64,000 nt of DNA, taken from an uncultured Nitrososphaerota archaeon. GTDB taxonomy: Archaea; Thermoproteota; Nitrososphaeria; Nitrososphaerales; Gagatemarchaeaceae. Of this stretch, positions 19,143 to 29,905 are shown piece by piece. A program made the position numbers and the translations under genes. Location of the stretch: positions 549,635 to 613,634 of the forward strand of contig CAWISW010000002.1 of assembly GCA_963838925.1 (NCBI GenBank), in the 5' to 3' direction. The notes beneath the pieces were generated by a model. It made no database searches, was not told the origin of the DNA, and saw nothing but the letters and a program-made list of their open reading frames with translations. The stretch's first letter is position 1. Each line of letters starts with the position of its first letter.

Positions 19143-19775
19143 TCAGGTCAATCCTGTTGCGAGAGTGTGTTGGTGTTGCCGTAGACTCCCGTGACCACCA
19201 CCGTGTAGGTCGTTCCGGAGCTGATTGTCTGGCCGAAAGATGGGCAGTTGCCTTGCGGTCGGCGGGATCGTGAGCGTGTACACCTGCTCGTTCGTCGTCC
19301 TTACCGTGGTGCCCGTCAGCGACGGTGACTCGTACGTGGAGGCCGCGGTCATGCACTGCCCGGAGAGTGTGCTCTTTAGGTCGTAGACGTAGTCCGCCTT
19401 GCTCGCGCCGCTCCCGCTCGAGCTGTAGAGCAAGTTTACCAGCCCGGCAGAGTCATAGAGCCTGACAGAGGCGATCTGAAATGTGAGGCTCCCGGTGTTG
19501 TAAACCCAAAACACCGCGGAGCAGGTGTTGCCCCCGCTGCAGGCACTCCCAGACGCCTGATTCGTGCTGTAATACATTGTGAAGACGGAAAAGTGCTCGC
19601 TGAGCATGTCGTTTGTGGCGACCCCGCCGGACTGCAACGCCCCTTCGCTGCTGGCCGCCTGGCTCCTGACGAAGCCCCACGCAGCCGCGCCCGCGATTAG
19701 CGTCATCGCTATGGCGAGCATCGCCCCTACCGCTTCTGAAGCGGCAACGCGTCTGCGGTCCCGATAAAACCTCAA
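19143..19775 (-). CDS. Minor type IV pilin-like protein (probable frameshift near the C-terminus)
   Basis: RRRVA/ASEAVGAMLAIAMTLIAG class III signal; alternative frame gives pilin-like TYTVVVTGVYGNT tail. Confidence 0.75.
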   Translation of the reverse strand: MRFYRDRRRVAASEAVGAMLAIAMTLIAGAAAWGFVRSQAASSEGALQSGGVATNDMLSEHFSVFTMYYSTNQASGSACSGGNTCSAVFWVYNTGSLTFQIASVRLYDSAGLVNLLYSSSGSGASKADYVYDLKSTLSGQCMTAASTYESPSLTGTTVRTTNEQVYTLTIPPTARQLPIFRPDNQLRNDLHGGGHGSLRQHQHTLATGLT

Positions 19776-20005
19776 AGTCTGAGCATTTTGGAGCCCCGGA
19801 GCTATATTATCGGTTATGGACTTGCAATCTGTATCAGAACTCTTACGCGGGTCAGCCGTGACAGAAAGTCACCAGGACGGCGCAAACCCTTCTGATAACC
19901 TCTGAAAACGTCGTGCCAAATCACGGGTTTTCGTTAGTGCTTGCATGAACAATTTCATAAACTATATATGGATACTCTAATTATCTTCTAGCTACTCGAA
20001 CCAGA

Positions 20006-20344
20006 ATGACATACCTGCAAAAACCGGCGGGCATGGCGGATGGAGAGCAAAATACTACGAAGCGGGTTGTGAGCAGGCGGTCACAGCTCGAGATCAGGAT
20101 GGACATCCTCAGGGCGATCATGGAGGGCGCGGAAGGTCCCACTCAGATAATGTACAAGGCCAACTTGTCCTGGATACTGCTTTGCGACCACCTCAGCGCG
20201 CTCGGCGACCAGGGGTTCGTCGGCGAAAAGACGGTCGGGAACCGCAAGAAATACTCCCTTACAGGCAAGGGGATAGAGATCGTTGGAGCTTATCTCAACC
20301 TAATCAGGGAGATTATCTTCGACACCGCCGCAGCGCCAGTGTGA
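20006..20344 (+). CDS. Winged-helix transcriptional regulator, COG3432-like
   Basis: RRSQLEIRMDIL...GPTQIMYKANLSW...YSLTGKG. Confidence 0.85.
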   Translation: MTYLQKPAGMADGEQNTTKRVVSRRSQLEIRMDILRAIMEGAEGPTQIMYKANLSWILLCDHLSALGDQGFVGEKTVGNRKKYSLTGKGIEIVGAYLNLIREIIFDTAAAPV

Positions 20345-20419
20345 TTGTGAAGGGCGGACCCAACCAAAAACACGCGAATCTCGCTCACTGGGGGTTCGGT
20401 TAAAAGGTTAATATGCCAA

Positions 20420-20686
20420 ATGGCCCGTTACAAGACCGGCTACGGCATGGGGAGCGACGAGAGAACTGCCGGCTCTTACATTAATTGCAAGATATGCGGT
20501 AAGGAATACAGGGACCGCAGCGACCTCATCGAGCACCTGCGCACCGAGCACGAGATCCTCGAGCTGGCGTCCTACACCGCGGCGACCATGGCCTCCGAGC
20601 AGGAAAGGGACAGGACGGCAGGGGAGTTCAGGCGGAGGTTCGAGCTGCTAAAGCGCGAGCTCGCCGGGCACGAAGCCGAGAGATAG
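20420..20686 (+). CDS. C2H2 zinc-finger protein
   Basis: CKICGKEYRDRSDLIEHLRTEH. Confidence 0.75.
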   Translation: MARYKTGYGMGSDERTAGSYINCKICGKEYRDRSDLIEHLRTEHEILELASYTAATMASEQERDRTAGEFRRRFELLKRELAGHEAER

Positions 20687-20747
20687 GCTCCCCGGACTTT
20701 TCCATCTACGACTTAATAAGGGCCGAAACGACGAAGGCCCGTTCCCA

Positions 20748-20978
20748 ATGGCTGACGAGCCGATCATCGACATGACGAAGGTTTCCGACAAGGGCCAGGT
20801 GGTCATCCCCAAGGAGATCAGGGACAAGCTGAAGTTCAGCGAGGGCTCGAAGCTCCTTGTCATCGCCACCGAGGACGCGGTGATACTCCAGAGGATAGAG
20901 AGCGTGGCGGGGAAGATGCGAGTGAAGGACATCATGGAGAGAGTCCGCTCCATCGCCAGCAAGATCAGCCTGGGCTGA
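20748..20978 (+). CDS. AbrB/MazE/SpoVT-family DNA-binding protein (no adjacent toxin)
   Basis: TKVSDKGQVVIPKEIRDKL. Confidence 0.85.
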   Translation: MADEPIIDMTKVSDKGQVVIPKEIRDKLKFSEGSKLLVIATEDAVILQRIESVAGKMRVKDIMERVRSIASKISLG

Positions 20979-21019
20979 GGAGGTTGCAGGACGACGGGTT
21001 AGATTGGTGTCAGTCTGAC

Positions 21020-21229
21020 CTAGGGCAGTATCTCTTCGATGAGCCCGTGCTCCATCTTGAGGTGCTCACGGAACGTCCCTTCGTCTCTAGGGGTCATACG
21101 CTCGAACTCTGGGTAGATGTTAAGGACGAAGGCGCAAAACGAGCAGGCCACACCCGAGTCGGTCTGGTCCTGAACACCGGAGGCGTACGGCTTCCGTTCC
21201 TTCTCCTCTCCCGAAACGCTGCTCTTCAT
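21020..21229 (-). CDS. CxxC...HxxxxH zinc-finger-like microprotein
   Basis: CSFC-x23-HLKMEHGL. Confidence 0.7.
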   Translation of the reverse strand: MKSSVSGEEKERKPYASGVQDQTDSGVACSFCAFVLNIYPEFERMTPRDEGTFREHLKMEHGLIEEILP

Positions 21230-21257
21230 GCCCCTACTTGACGAGAGGAAGGCGGCG

Positions 21258-21344
21258 TACTTTTCATTTCTAGCCGAAAGAGTCAGCTCAGGAAGCGTGT
21301 TTTCTGGAATCTGAAAGGAGCCTCGACATGAATTCGAGTTTCAT
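21258..21344. promoter_or_regulatory. Upstream box shared with 12227..12313
   Basis: Same 87-bp block pattern upstream of the paralogous microprotein. Confidence 0.55.
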
Positions 21345-21409
21345 AGGCAACAACGGTGTCACCACGGAGAGCTGACCTTATTGTCTCGGGAGAGCCCTAT
21401 TGGCTGGGA

Positions 21410-24106
21410 TTACTCGAACGAGGTATCAAACTCTTCGTCGGCTGTCTTCCCGCCGCCTCTCCTCCGCCTGACGAGGAAGATCGCTGCGACCGCCCCGCCC
21501 GCGCCTCCGATTGGAACAAGGACCAGCGGGAAAGTCGTTAGCTCTTGCGTAATGCTGGCCTTTGGTTTGACCGTCACGCTGGACTGCGGTGGGGCGCTCA
21601 CCGAGACTGTGAAGTTGAGCGTCTTAGAGAAAAGCCCGCCAGGTGCTATCACCGCGCTTACCAAGACATTCCCAGCCTTGGTCGGGTGGAATATGACCGT
21701 AGACGTGCCAGTCTTGTCCGTAGTGTCGTTCACAGATGGTAGTCCTGCCTGGACGGCCGCGGTCGTAGTGGACTTGGTCTTCGTGGTTGTAGTGGTTGTG
21801 GTCGAAGACGTTGTTGAGGTGGTCGAGGCGTTTGAGGAATGAACTGTAGCAACGACGAGTCCCCCGCTAGCTGCCTTCCAAGAGACCGGCGCGCCATTCA
21901 GAGGCGACCCGTCCAGGGCCAAGTCGATTGCGATTACTGAGGTCTGGTTCGTGAAGATCTTGGCAGGGCCGCCAGAGATGGTCTCCACGCTAGGGTACGA
22001 CAAGAATGTGACGAGGATCGAGGTTGTCGAAAGGCCAGGCGTCGAAAGCGTCATCGTCGTCTTCCCGGGGACACTTGCCGACAGCGGAAAAGCCGCGTAG
22101 TCTTGGCCTACTCCAATGACGGCTGACAGGACCTTCGAGATTACCGTGCTGTTTGATGATGTTATCGTAATATTCATTGGAACTCTAGCCCGAGCGGGGT
22201 TGCCTCCCGAGTCTTGGAGCTGTACCGCCAAGAGAGGTTGTTGATGCGCTGAACGGGGGGTAAACATCACGGTGTTACCATCCGGTGCGATTGCCGAGAG
22301 GGCAGAGGGTGCTGGAATGACCGTCGAGAGGTTCACGGATGATGTCGCGTAGCCTGTTGTGGACGAGAGCCCAAGGCTGGTAAGCTGGACGAGGGCTGTC
22401 ACGTTGGCTGTTCCTTGGAGAATTCCCGCCGTCACGTTCACGACAGCGTAAGCCTGTCCGCTTGGAATCACGGCGTTCGCGACGCTCACCACGCCGGCCT
22501 GTGAAGAGGAAAGGCTTACTGGGATATCAGAAGCCGCGAACGCCGGAGAGCCAAAGGCGTCTTCAAGCGCAAGTTCAAGAGCAGGGTGTGGAGATGCATC
22601 AGCAGGAAGAGGCGTGCTGATGGCGCTGAGTACGACTTGTGAAGGCACAGAGCCGTACGTTGCAAGTGACGTCTGGACAGGTAAGACGTTCTGGGCGGAC
22701 GCGGTAAGTTCTGTCGTGCCCACCTGATAAGTGGAGGTGAAGGTCACAGCTGCCCAGTTTCGCCCCTCTTGGATTGGAAATGTGATTCGCGTGAAGTTCC
22801 CAACACCAGTAACAGATGACGTGAGCGTGACCTCGGTAGGTCCGGTATCATTCACGGCGGGAGCTAACGCTCCTCCAGGAGGAGACGACAAAAGTGAAAC
22901 TACCACGGAACTATATGAACGATGGTCTGCCAGAACAGGACTTGGCCCAGCAGAAATCTGGAGAGAGCAGTGCGATTGTCCGCCGGAGGTGCACAATGCA
23001 GGAGTTAAGACATTTGGCTGAGAGACCGTGATTCCGGCGAAACTCGACGCCAAGCCAGGGGCGCTTGCCGTGATCGTGACCGAGTCTGATGTGGAACCGG
23101 CGGGAAGCGAAGTTGCCGTTACCAGGAACGTCGCAATCGCAGAGATGTTGCCTGCGTGAATTACAGTAGTTTCGGATGCGTTTACAACTTCGAGGTTGGA
23201 GCTCCTGATTTGGACTTCGATGTCGCGGGTTGCCAGCGTGGGGTTGCCGTTAAGATCGGTCAGAGCCACAACGAGCCTGCCCACGCAAGCATCGGGATTC
23301 ACAGCGGTCACGTTGGCGTCGCATAGGATCATGTTGCTAGGTTGGGCCTGCAACTTCAGGGCCAGTGGAGGGAACCCAAGGACCGAAATAGTCACCACAC
23401 CTGAAGAGAAACCGGTTGCCGAGGCAGTGATGACGGCCGACCCCGGCACGAAGCCGCTCGTATAGTTTATCTCCTTCAGATAATCCCCCTCCCTCATCAC
23501 TGCGGTAGCCGCTGTCACATTGACAACGTTGGTGTTGGACGAGTAAAGGGAAACTGGGACGTCAGAGATCGCCTTTGCTGGAAGCCCGGCGGCATCCTCA
23601 AGCTCGAGTATCAGGTTGCCCCTACTTGCCGCACTCGCCGGAACAGTATCCGGGACGGCGGACACCACCAAGTGAGTCGGATATCCCACGGCAACCACCG
23701 TGGTTACTACGGTCTTCGCTGTAGCGAGCCCTGAAGTCGTCGCCGTTACGGTCGTCACGCCCGGAGTATGGGTCGTGGTGAAGTTCGCTATCGCGTACGT
23801 TTCACCCGCAGGTATCTGGACGCTCGGCGTTATCTTCCCGACGCTTTCCTGCGACGAAGTCAAGGAGACATTGATGTCGGCGAGCCCCACCGTCGGCTGA
23901 CCGCTGGCGCTCACGATCGAAACCACCACCGCAGGGTAGGTGTTATTGTCAGAAGGTAGCTCCGACGGTATTGTCGACAATTGAAGGGCGACAGGCACGT
24001 TCGATGCCGTTGCTGCCGCGTGAACCGCTTCGGAAGGAAGGGCACCAATCGCCGCGAGACCAATGACAAGCAAGCATATGCCTAAGACCCTAGGGGTTCT
24101 TCGCAA
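21410..24106 (-). CDS. Large secreted Ig-like repeat surface protein with C-terminal TM anchor
   Basis: Signal peptide; ~110-aa repeats (P..LPAD...L.D..G.P..A..D..V.L.SS); Thr-rich linker; TM followed by RRRR. Confidence 0.8.
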   Translation of the reverse strand: MRRTPRVLGICLLVIGLAAIGALPSEAVHAAATASNVPVALQLSTIPSELPSDNNTYPAVVVSIVSASGQPTVGLADINVSLTSSQESVGKITPSVQIPAGETYAIANFTTTHTPGVTTVTATTSGLATAKTVVTTVVAVGYPTHLVVSAVPDTVPASAASRGNLILELEDAAGLPAKAISDVPVSLYSSNTNVVNVTAATAVMREGDYLKEINYTSGFVPGSAVITASATGFSSGVVTISVLGFPPLALKLQAQPSNMILCDANVTAVNPDACVGRLVVALTDLNGNPTLATRDIEVQIRSSNLEVVNASETTVIHAGNISAIATFLVTATSLPAGSTSDSVTITASAPGLASSFAGITVSQPNVLTPALCTSGGQSHCSLQISAGPSPVLADHRSYSSVVVSLLSSPPGGALAPAVNDTGPTEVTLTSSVTGVGNFTRITFPIQEGRNWAAVTFTSTYQVGTTELTASAQNVLPVQTSLATYGSVPSQVVLSAISTPLPADASPHPALELALEDAFGSPAFAASDIPVSLSSSQAGVVSVANAVIPSGQAYAVVNVTAGILQGTANVTALVQLTSLGLSSTTGYATSSVNLSTVIPAPSALSAIAPDGNTVMFTPRSAHQQPLLAVQLQDSGGNPARARVPMNITITSSNSTVISKVLSAVIGVGQDYAAFPLSASVPGKTTMTLSTPGLSTTSILVTFLSYPSVETISGGPAKIFTNQTSVIAIDLALDGSPLNGAPVSWKAASGGLVVATVHSSNASTTSTTSSTTTTTTTKTKSTTTAAVQAGLPSVNDTTDKTGTSTVIFHPTKAGNVLVSAVIAPGGLFSKTLNFTVSVSAPPQSSVTVKPKASITQELTTFPLVLVPIGGAGGAVAAIFLVRRRRGGGKTADEEFDTSFE

Positions 24107-24203
24107 CTATTTCCGAAAATGACCCCACATGATGATATTTAGACATAGTAGATGTCCTAGTCCAGATTTCGAATCCATCGCGACTGTGGTTCCGTGGCCC
24201 TGC

Positions 24204-25928
24204 CTAGAGGGAGTGGCCCAGGATGACGCCGGACAAAGCCACCATCATAGCCCCGATGAGTACCAACGCGAGAGCATGCTTGAAGCCGTCGGCCACCGTC
24301 CCGCCACCCATCTTCCCCGCCACGAACCCGATGACCCAGCCGTCGAAGATGGACGCAGTCAAAAGGCCCTGTACCGTGGCGGGCGTTATGGTAATCCCTG
24401 GAGTGGGGGCGGTGGACCCGGCGAACTTTATCGGTGTTGAGAGGAAGTAGACCATCATGAATGTGGTGAGTACCAGCATTATGCCTGCCATGTACACCAC
24501 GAAGATGTAAGACCTCAACGCAGCGCGCTTGTCGGACTCTATCTCGTTGACTTTGCGGGTGAAGTCTGCCATCTGCGAAAAGCTGTTCACCGTGCCGCCG
24601 CCGACGTCTACGACCTCCACCATGAGCGTCCCGATTGCCATGGTGATCCAGCTGTCGACGGAATCAGCGAACGTCTTGATAACCTTGAGGATAGGTAGCC
24701 CCCACGAGATCTGAGAGCCCATCGTCTTAATCGATTTTGAGAGTCGCCCGTAGTTCTTTGAAGCGAGCTGTTCGATGCTCCCCTCGGGGGAGAGACCGAT
24801 CTTGCGCCCCTCCGCCACGTCCCTGATGAAGTCGGGCAGCGCCTTCTCCAATCCGGCCCGGTTGCGAGACTGCCTGAACGCTGAAATCGAGGGGATGATC
24901 ATTATCGCGATGAGCGCTACCGAGACGTGTAGGCTCAGCTCCAGAGGGAGCGGGAGCAGGAAGAGCACCGCCCCGATAGGTGTGCAGGCCAAGAACACGT
25001 AGTACGGTCGCTTGTTGAAGATAGGTTGCTTGGGCTGGGTCCCATCGATGATGAAGATGAACAGGGCGGAAAGCGCCGGGACGACCAGATAAGAGAATGT
25101 GTAGAGGGTCGTGAGTCCTGAGTTGTTGTGGGCTATGACACCCTCCAGCTGGAAGAGACTGAATAGGGTTATGCCCATGACGGCTGTCACGGTGAGGTAA
25201 GCCTCGGCAAGAGTGCCCACGGAGTCAGTGATCCGCCTGACCTTTGAGGTGCTCAGGTCGAGGGTCTCCTTCAGCTTGTTGTTGACATAGTTCTTCACGT
25301 CGCCTCCCACCTTCAACACAGTCGTGTAGCCGTAAAGGAACTCTGCGAAGGGTTTGTTGGGCATGTACTTTGCGGCGGTTTCGAAGGCCGTGATCGGGTC
25401 AGTCCCGAAGACGTCTATGTCTACCAATATCCTCTTCGCTTCTTTGGCAGACGCCGGGAAGACCTTCGACATGCCCGAGATCCTCCTCAGAGTGGAGATT
25501 GGCGACACCCCTCCGCCCGAGAGGACGCCCAGAAAGCCGATCAGCATGGGCAACTCGTTGTCGAGGGCCTGGGAGCGAGAGCTTTGGGAGGCTTTCGGCA
25601 TGTTCCAGAAGACCACAAATACGATGGGTGGAGCTATTACGACCAGAAACAAGAACAAGATATGCAAGACCAGGCCCAGGATCACGCAGATTACGACGGG
25701 GATGATGGAAAGCACGGTGGCGAAGAGCGCCAGCGACACCAGCCCTTCCGGCGTGATGCGCATGTTGGACTTTAGTATCTGGTCCCGCATCTCCGGGGAC
25801 GAGGCCGCGAACCTCTTGCCCTGGGCCCCGAAGAGCTTGTAGGCGGTGGACGCCATCCGGTCGAACAGGCTCAGCTTCGAGCTTTCCTTGGCTTGGCGGG
25901 TCTTCTCTAGCGTGCCGACCTGGGTCAA
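24204..25928 (-). CDS. Type IV pilus membrane platform protein (TadC/FlaJ-like, T2SS F family)
   Basis: Two T2SSF domains (LDNELP..., LEKALPDFIRDVAE..GLS); GFVAGKM..G..H tail. Confidence 0.9.
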   Translation of the reverse strand: MTQVGTLEKTRQAKESSKLSLFDRMASTAYKLFGAQGKRFAASSPEMRDQILKSNMRITPEGLVSLALFATVLSIIPVVICVILGLVLHILFLFLVVIAPPIVFVVFWNMPKASQSSRSQALDNELPMLIGFLGVLSGGGVSPISTLRRISGMSKVFPASAKEAKRILVDIDVFGTDPITAFETAAKYMPNKPFAEFLYGYTTVLKVGGDVKNYVNNKLKETLDLSTSKVRRITDSVGTLAEAYLTVTAVMGITLFSLFQLEGVIAHNNSGLTTLYTFSYLVVPALSALFIFIIDGTQPKQPIFNKRPYYVFLACTPIGAVLFLLPLPLELSLHVSVALIAIMIIPSISAFRQSRNRAGLEKALPDFIRDVAEGRKIGLSPEGSIEQLASKNYGRLSKSIKTMGSQISWGLPILKVIKTFADSVDSWITMAIGTLMVEVVDVGGGTVNSFSQMADFTRKVNEIESDKRAALRSYIFVVYMAGIMLVLTTFMMVYFLSTPIKFAGSTAPTPGITITPATVQGLLTASIFDGWVIGFVAGKMGGGTVADGFKHALALVLIGAMMVALSGVILGHSL

Positions 25929-27547
25929 AGCTTGAACCTTTCCCCCGTCTCTGCTTGCATGACGAGCCCGGCCTTCCCCAGGTCATCGCGCGCCCGGTCG
26001 AATATCTCCTTCGAGTGGGACCTGTACTCTTCGAAGATTAGCGAGAGCTCCCTGAAGTTCCGGATGTCTCTCTGCTGAGCCCACTTCAGGACTATGCTCC
26101 TCCTCTCTATCTCGCTCATAAGCTCTGGAACGGTGGTCCCGGTGTCTCTGGCGAGCCTCACCAGCTTGACGCTGGTCTTCAGCGGCGACGCCAGCTGCTT
26201 GTCGCTCCCCGGATCCCACTTGAACATGCGCACGTAGTTCCCTACGCCGACCACCTCGTCGACGGACAGGACGCGCCTCATCGTCTTGAAGCCCCCGCCG
26301 GGCGTTGGGATGGCGATCCTTCGCACCGTGAATACGAGGTCGAGGAAGGGGATGAACGACGGGGGCACGTCCATGGGCTTCGAGGTGAGGCGCTGGACTG
26401 CCGAGGTTACGTCGTCCGCGTGGAGTGTGCAGAGGCCTCCGTGGCCTGTGCTGATGGCTTGGAAGAGGACGTACGCCTCCTCTCCCCTGACCTCTCCGAC
26501 GACCAGGATGTCGGGCCTCATTCTCATTGTCGCCTTTACGAGCTGGAAGAGGCCCACCTCTCCGCTCGTGTCGTCGCCCGTTCCGTAGCTCTCGCGCGAG
26601 ACGAGGGCCGACCAGTTCTGGTGGGCGATGTTGATCTCCTGGACCTCCTCGATGGTGACGATCTTGGAGTTCATCCTGGTGAGCGTCAAGAGGGCGTTTA
26701 GGAGCGTCGTCTTGCCGGAGCCTGTCGACCCGCAGACGATGGCAGTGGCCCTGTTCTCCATCAGGAGCCAGGTGTAGGCGGCGAGGTTCTGGTCGATGAC
26801 GTTGTAATTCATCATGTCGATGATGGTCAGAGGGTCCTCGCGGAACTTTCTGATGGTGAGCGTGCCTCCGTAGGGAGAGATCTCTCGCCTGTAGGTCGCG
26901 GCGAGGCGATGCCTTCCTGGGAGGGTGCCTTGCACGATGGGGAACGCGGTCGAGACGTGCTTCCCTGCCATGTGCGCGAGCCTCGCGATGACGTTGTCCA
27001 GCTCCTCGTCGTGCAGGAAGTTCATGTTCGTCTCGATGTTGTCGTACCTCCTGTGGAAGATGAAGAGCGGCTTGCCGACGCCGTCCACGGTGATGTCCTC
27101 GATCTGCGTGTCCCTCATCACGCCGTCGATGATGCCGAAGCCGACAAGGTCCCTCTCGGCGAAGTAGTTGATTTTCGGCCAGGAGAGCTGAGAGGCCTTG
27201 ATCGAGTACTTGGTGACCAACCTCTTGGCTTGCTCGAGGAAGTAAGCCCGCGGGTCTATCTCAGAGCGGGGGACCGAGAGCTCGCTCTCGAGCGTCTCGA
27301 GCAGGTAGGTGTAGATCGACGCCTCCCTCTGAGATAATACTACCTCGTCCACGAAATACTTTCTTGTCCCACTCCCCGGATCTTCGGCGACTACAGCATA
27401 AGCGAAGGGAGCGTTGAGCGGGTACTTGTCGACGACTTTCCATGAAGGCGACAGAGGAGCCCCCACGAACGGGTAGCGAACCGTAGGCTTCGCGTTCTTC
27501 GTTCCCGGGGCCCCGTCCTTCTTCTTCCCAAAGGGGAGGTTGACCAT
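25925..27547 (-). CDS. Type IV pilus assembly ATPase (TadA/FlaI/VirB11 family)
   Basis: GSTGSGKTT Walker A, TIEE, RMRPDILVVGEVRGEEA, TGH..LCTLHA. Confidence 0.93.
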   Translation of the reverse strand: MVNLPFGKKKDGAPGTKNAKPTVRYPFVGAPLSPSWKVVDKYPLNAPFAYAVVAEDPGSGTRKYFVDEVVLSQREASIYTYLLETLESELSVPRSEIDPRAYFLEQAKRLVTKYSIKASQLSWPKINYFAERDLVGFGIIDGVMRDTQIEDITVDGVGKPLFIFHRRYDNIETNMNFLHDEELDNVIARLAHMAGKHVSTAFPIVQGTLPGRHRLAATYRREISPYGGTLTIRKFREDPLTIIDMMNYNVIDQNLAAYTWLLMENRATAIVCGSTGSGKTTLLNALLTLTRMNSKIVTIEEVQEINIAHQNWSALVSRESYGTGDDTSGEVGLFQLVKATMRMRPDILVVGEVRGEEAYVLFQAISTGHGGLCTLHADDVTSAVQRLTSKPMDVPPSFIPFLDLVFTVRRIAIPTPGGGFKTMRRVLSVDEVVGVGNYVRMFKWDPGSDKQLASPLKTSVKLVRLARDTGTTVPELMSEIERRSIVLKWAQQRDIRNFRELSLIFEEYRSHSKEIFDRARDDLGKAGLVMQAETGERFKL

Positions 27548-27769
27548 CCCTACTCGTCTCTCCCGAGTGAGCGGCGAATGGCGCTTATGGTCTTTACGCT
27601 GGGCAATTCAGGATTCCCTTTACTCTCGGGTATCCTCGCAAATTTGAAAGAAATCAGGCCATTCACCTCGAACTTTGGCTTTTTTGCGCTTATTTGTCAT
27701 AAATAGCTTATGCACTCAGAATCAATGAATGATTCGGACGGTGCGGAGAAACGAAACGCCCTGTCTCGC

Positions 27770-28522
27770 TTATTCTGCCAACGTGTTGCTCTCGTCTAGC
27801 CGACTGAACCTTCGATACCCGAGTCCGGTCAGGTAGTCGATAGATGAAGACAGGCTCGGCTCGTTGAGGTACTCGAAGATTATGGCGGGATTCTTCGATT
27901 CCAGGGTCCTGCGCGCCCCCTGCAAGACCTGCAGCTCGCTACCTTCGGCGTCGATCTTTATCAGGCTAGGAGCGGCGCCGCGTAGCAGGCTGTCTAGGGA
28001 TACTGCTCTCACCAATCGCTTTCCTTCGGCAGAGACCCGGCTGGTGTCTGAGTAGCCTCCTTCCAAGAGTCGGACCGTTCCGTCGTTGGACCAAGCGACG
28101 GCGTTGTATGTCTCAGACGCACCCGCTCCGAGGTTCTTCGTGACGTTGTCGACAAGGCACGAGTAGGCCTTCGGGTTGGGCTCGATGGCCATCACCCTGT
28201 TCCCTTGCCTTCCCGCCATCACCGAGTAGAATCCCATGTTGGCTCCGACGTCGACGAACAACCCATCGCGGTATCGCCTGACCGCCTCCTTGACCTTCAC
28301 CTCCCAGTTTGGTGAGAACTGATAGGCGGAAGCAGCGTCTACACAGTGGAACGTCCCGACCGGAGTCCTCAGGTTATAGTCCTGATCCGTCAGGTCGATC
28401 AGATTTCTTGCAAGCACTCCCTTGACGACTTTCAGCCTGTCTCTCCCGTCGACGGCGTACAGGAGACCGAAGACCAAGGATTGGAACCTCCACGTCCCCA
28501 GAAGTTGCGATGGCGGTCTCAT
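27770..28522 (-). CDS. FkbM-family methyltransferase
   Basis: FVDVGANMGFYS, AIEPNP, IKIDAEGSE. Confidence 0.9.
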   Translation of the reverse strand: MRPPSQLLGTWRFQSLVFGLLYAVDGRDRLKVVKGVLARNLIDLTDQDYNLRTPVGTFHCVDAASAYQFSPNWEVKVKEAVRRYRDGLFVDVGANMGFYSVMAGRQGNRVMAIEPNPKAYSCLVDNVTKNLGAGASETYNAVAWSNDGTVRLLEGGYSDTSRVSAEGKRLVRAVSLDSLLRGAAPSLIKIDAEGSELQVLQGARRTLESKNPAIIFEYLNEPSLSSSIDYLTGLGYRRFSRLDESNTLAE

Positions 28523-28876
28523 CGGTCAAGCCCTTCCTTTCTCGAGGTGCTTCCGACGCGTGGCCCGGGAACTTCACGTTCCCGTCTTGGCCGACCAGCC
28601 GGGGGGCGAGAGGGCGCGCGACCTCCCCTGCCTCTTGGAATCAAGGAAACGTCTCTGCATGGCGACAGCCGCCATTTATGATGCCCATCTCCGCGGAATC
28701 GTCAGCCTTCAGCAGACATCTACAATAAAGAACCTTCGCTTCGCGGAGCGGGCAGGGGCTGGGCGGAGGGTTGGCCGAGGGCAAGAGGGGCGGACGCTCC
28801 ATCACCTGATTCCGCCTTGTGAACCCACGAACTAGACTGGCAATCCACAAGGGTTTTTATTCCGTTGAGGTGAAAT

Positions 28877-29871
28877 TTGGTTCAGAAGGCCTTGGAAACG
28901 CACCTTGAGAGCCCGTCTGAGAGACCACAGGTCGTCTCCAAACCGGACCAGGGGCTCAGGCTCGCGACGCGGCGCTCATCCAAGCAGCACGTCCTGATCG
29001 TGATATGCGCCTATAACGAAGCGAGGGTCCTGCCTGACCTGCTCGAGGCGCTTCGACAGGCCGACGTCCTCGTGGTGGACGACGGGAGCAGCGATGAGAC
29101 GGGCAGGCTTGCCGAAATGGAAGGAGCGATCGTGCTAACACACAGCAAGCGCATGGGAAAGGCAGCGTCGCTTCAAGACGCCATAGACTACGCTCTCGAC
29201 AATGGATACGGGATCGTCCTCGAGATGGGGGCGGACGCTGTGCCGACCAAAGGGTCGATTGAGAGCCTCATCAGCTCGCTGGATCCGTCGGACGTGGGGG
29301 GCGCGTCGGTTAAAACAGATACCCGTCGGCCCAACAGAACGCCAGCTACCACATAGACGAGCTCATTTGGTCGGTGCTCGCGCACGGCAAACGTCTCCAA
29401 ATGGCCAGCCACGGGACATCCCACCTCGGGGGGGTGATGTATGCTTTCAAGCCTGAATGCGTGAGCTCGGTGGAGGGGTCCGTAAACGACGACGAGCACC
29501 TAAGCGTCTGCATCAAGAGCAAGGGCTACAGGACGGTCTTCGTCCCTAACGCCGTCGCTTATTTCGACGCTTCTAGCTCAGTCGGCCACATCTTGCAGCG
29601 AAGGAGAAGGATGTACTTTGGGCACATGGTGTACAGCGAGAGCACTGCGCCGTCGATGGAGGCCAGCATTGCGGCCTCTGCCCTGATGAGGTCTCTCGCT
29701 GAGAAGCCTTCCAGACTGCCCTGGATGCTGCCCGCCGTCTTGCTTGACACGTTCTCACGGTTGTGCGCATGGCGGGATGCGCGAAGTCCAAAGAAACGGG
29801 GGCAATATTCGATGTGGGTGACCACCTTCGAAAAGAACGTGGTCTCTCGTGCCTTGCCCGGCCAACGGTAG
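28877..29871 (+). CDS. GT2 glycosyltransferase (split by a frameshift near 29320-29350)
   Basis: ICAYNEA, VVDDGSSD, GKA in the first ORF; NDD and QRRR in the second ORF. Confidence 0.75.
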
Positions 29872-29905
29872 CCAAGAGCAGCTCCACTGCAGGACGATGA
29901 GGACT

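Noticed and set aside
24204-27547. Archaellum (flaI/flaJ) operon
   Set aside because: No recognisable archaellin, flaF/flaG or chemotaxis genes adjacent; neighbours are pilins and adhesins, so a type IV pilus call is safer.
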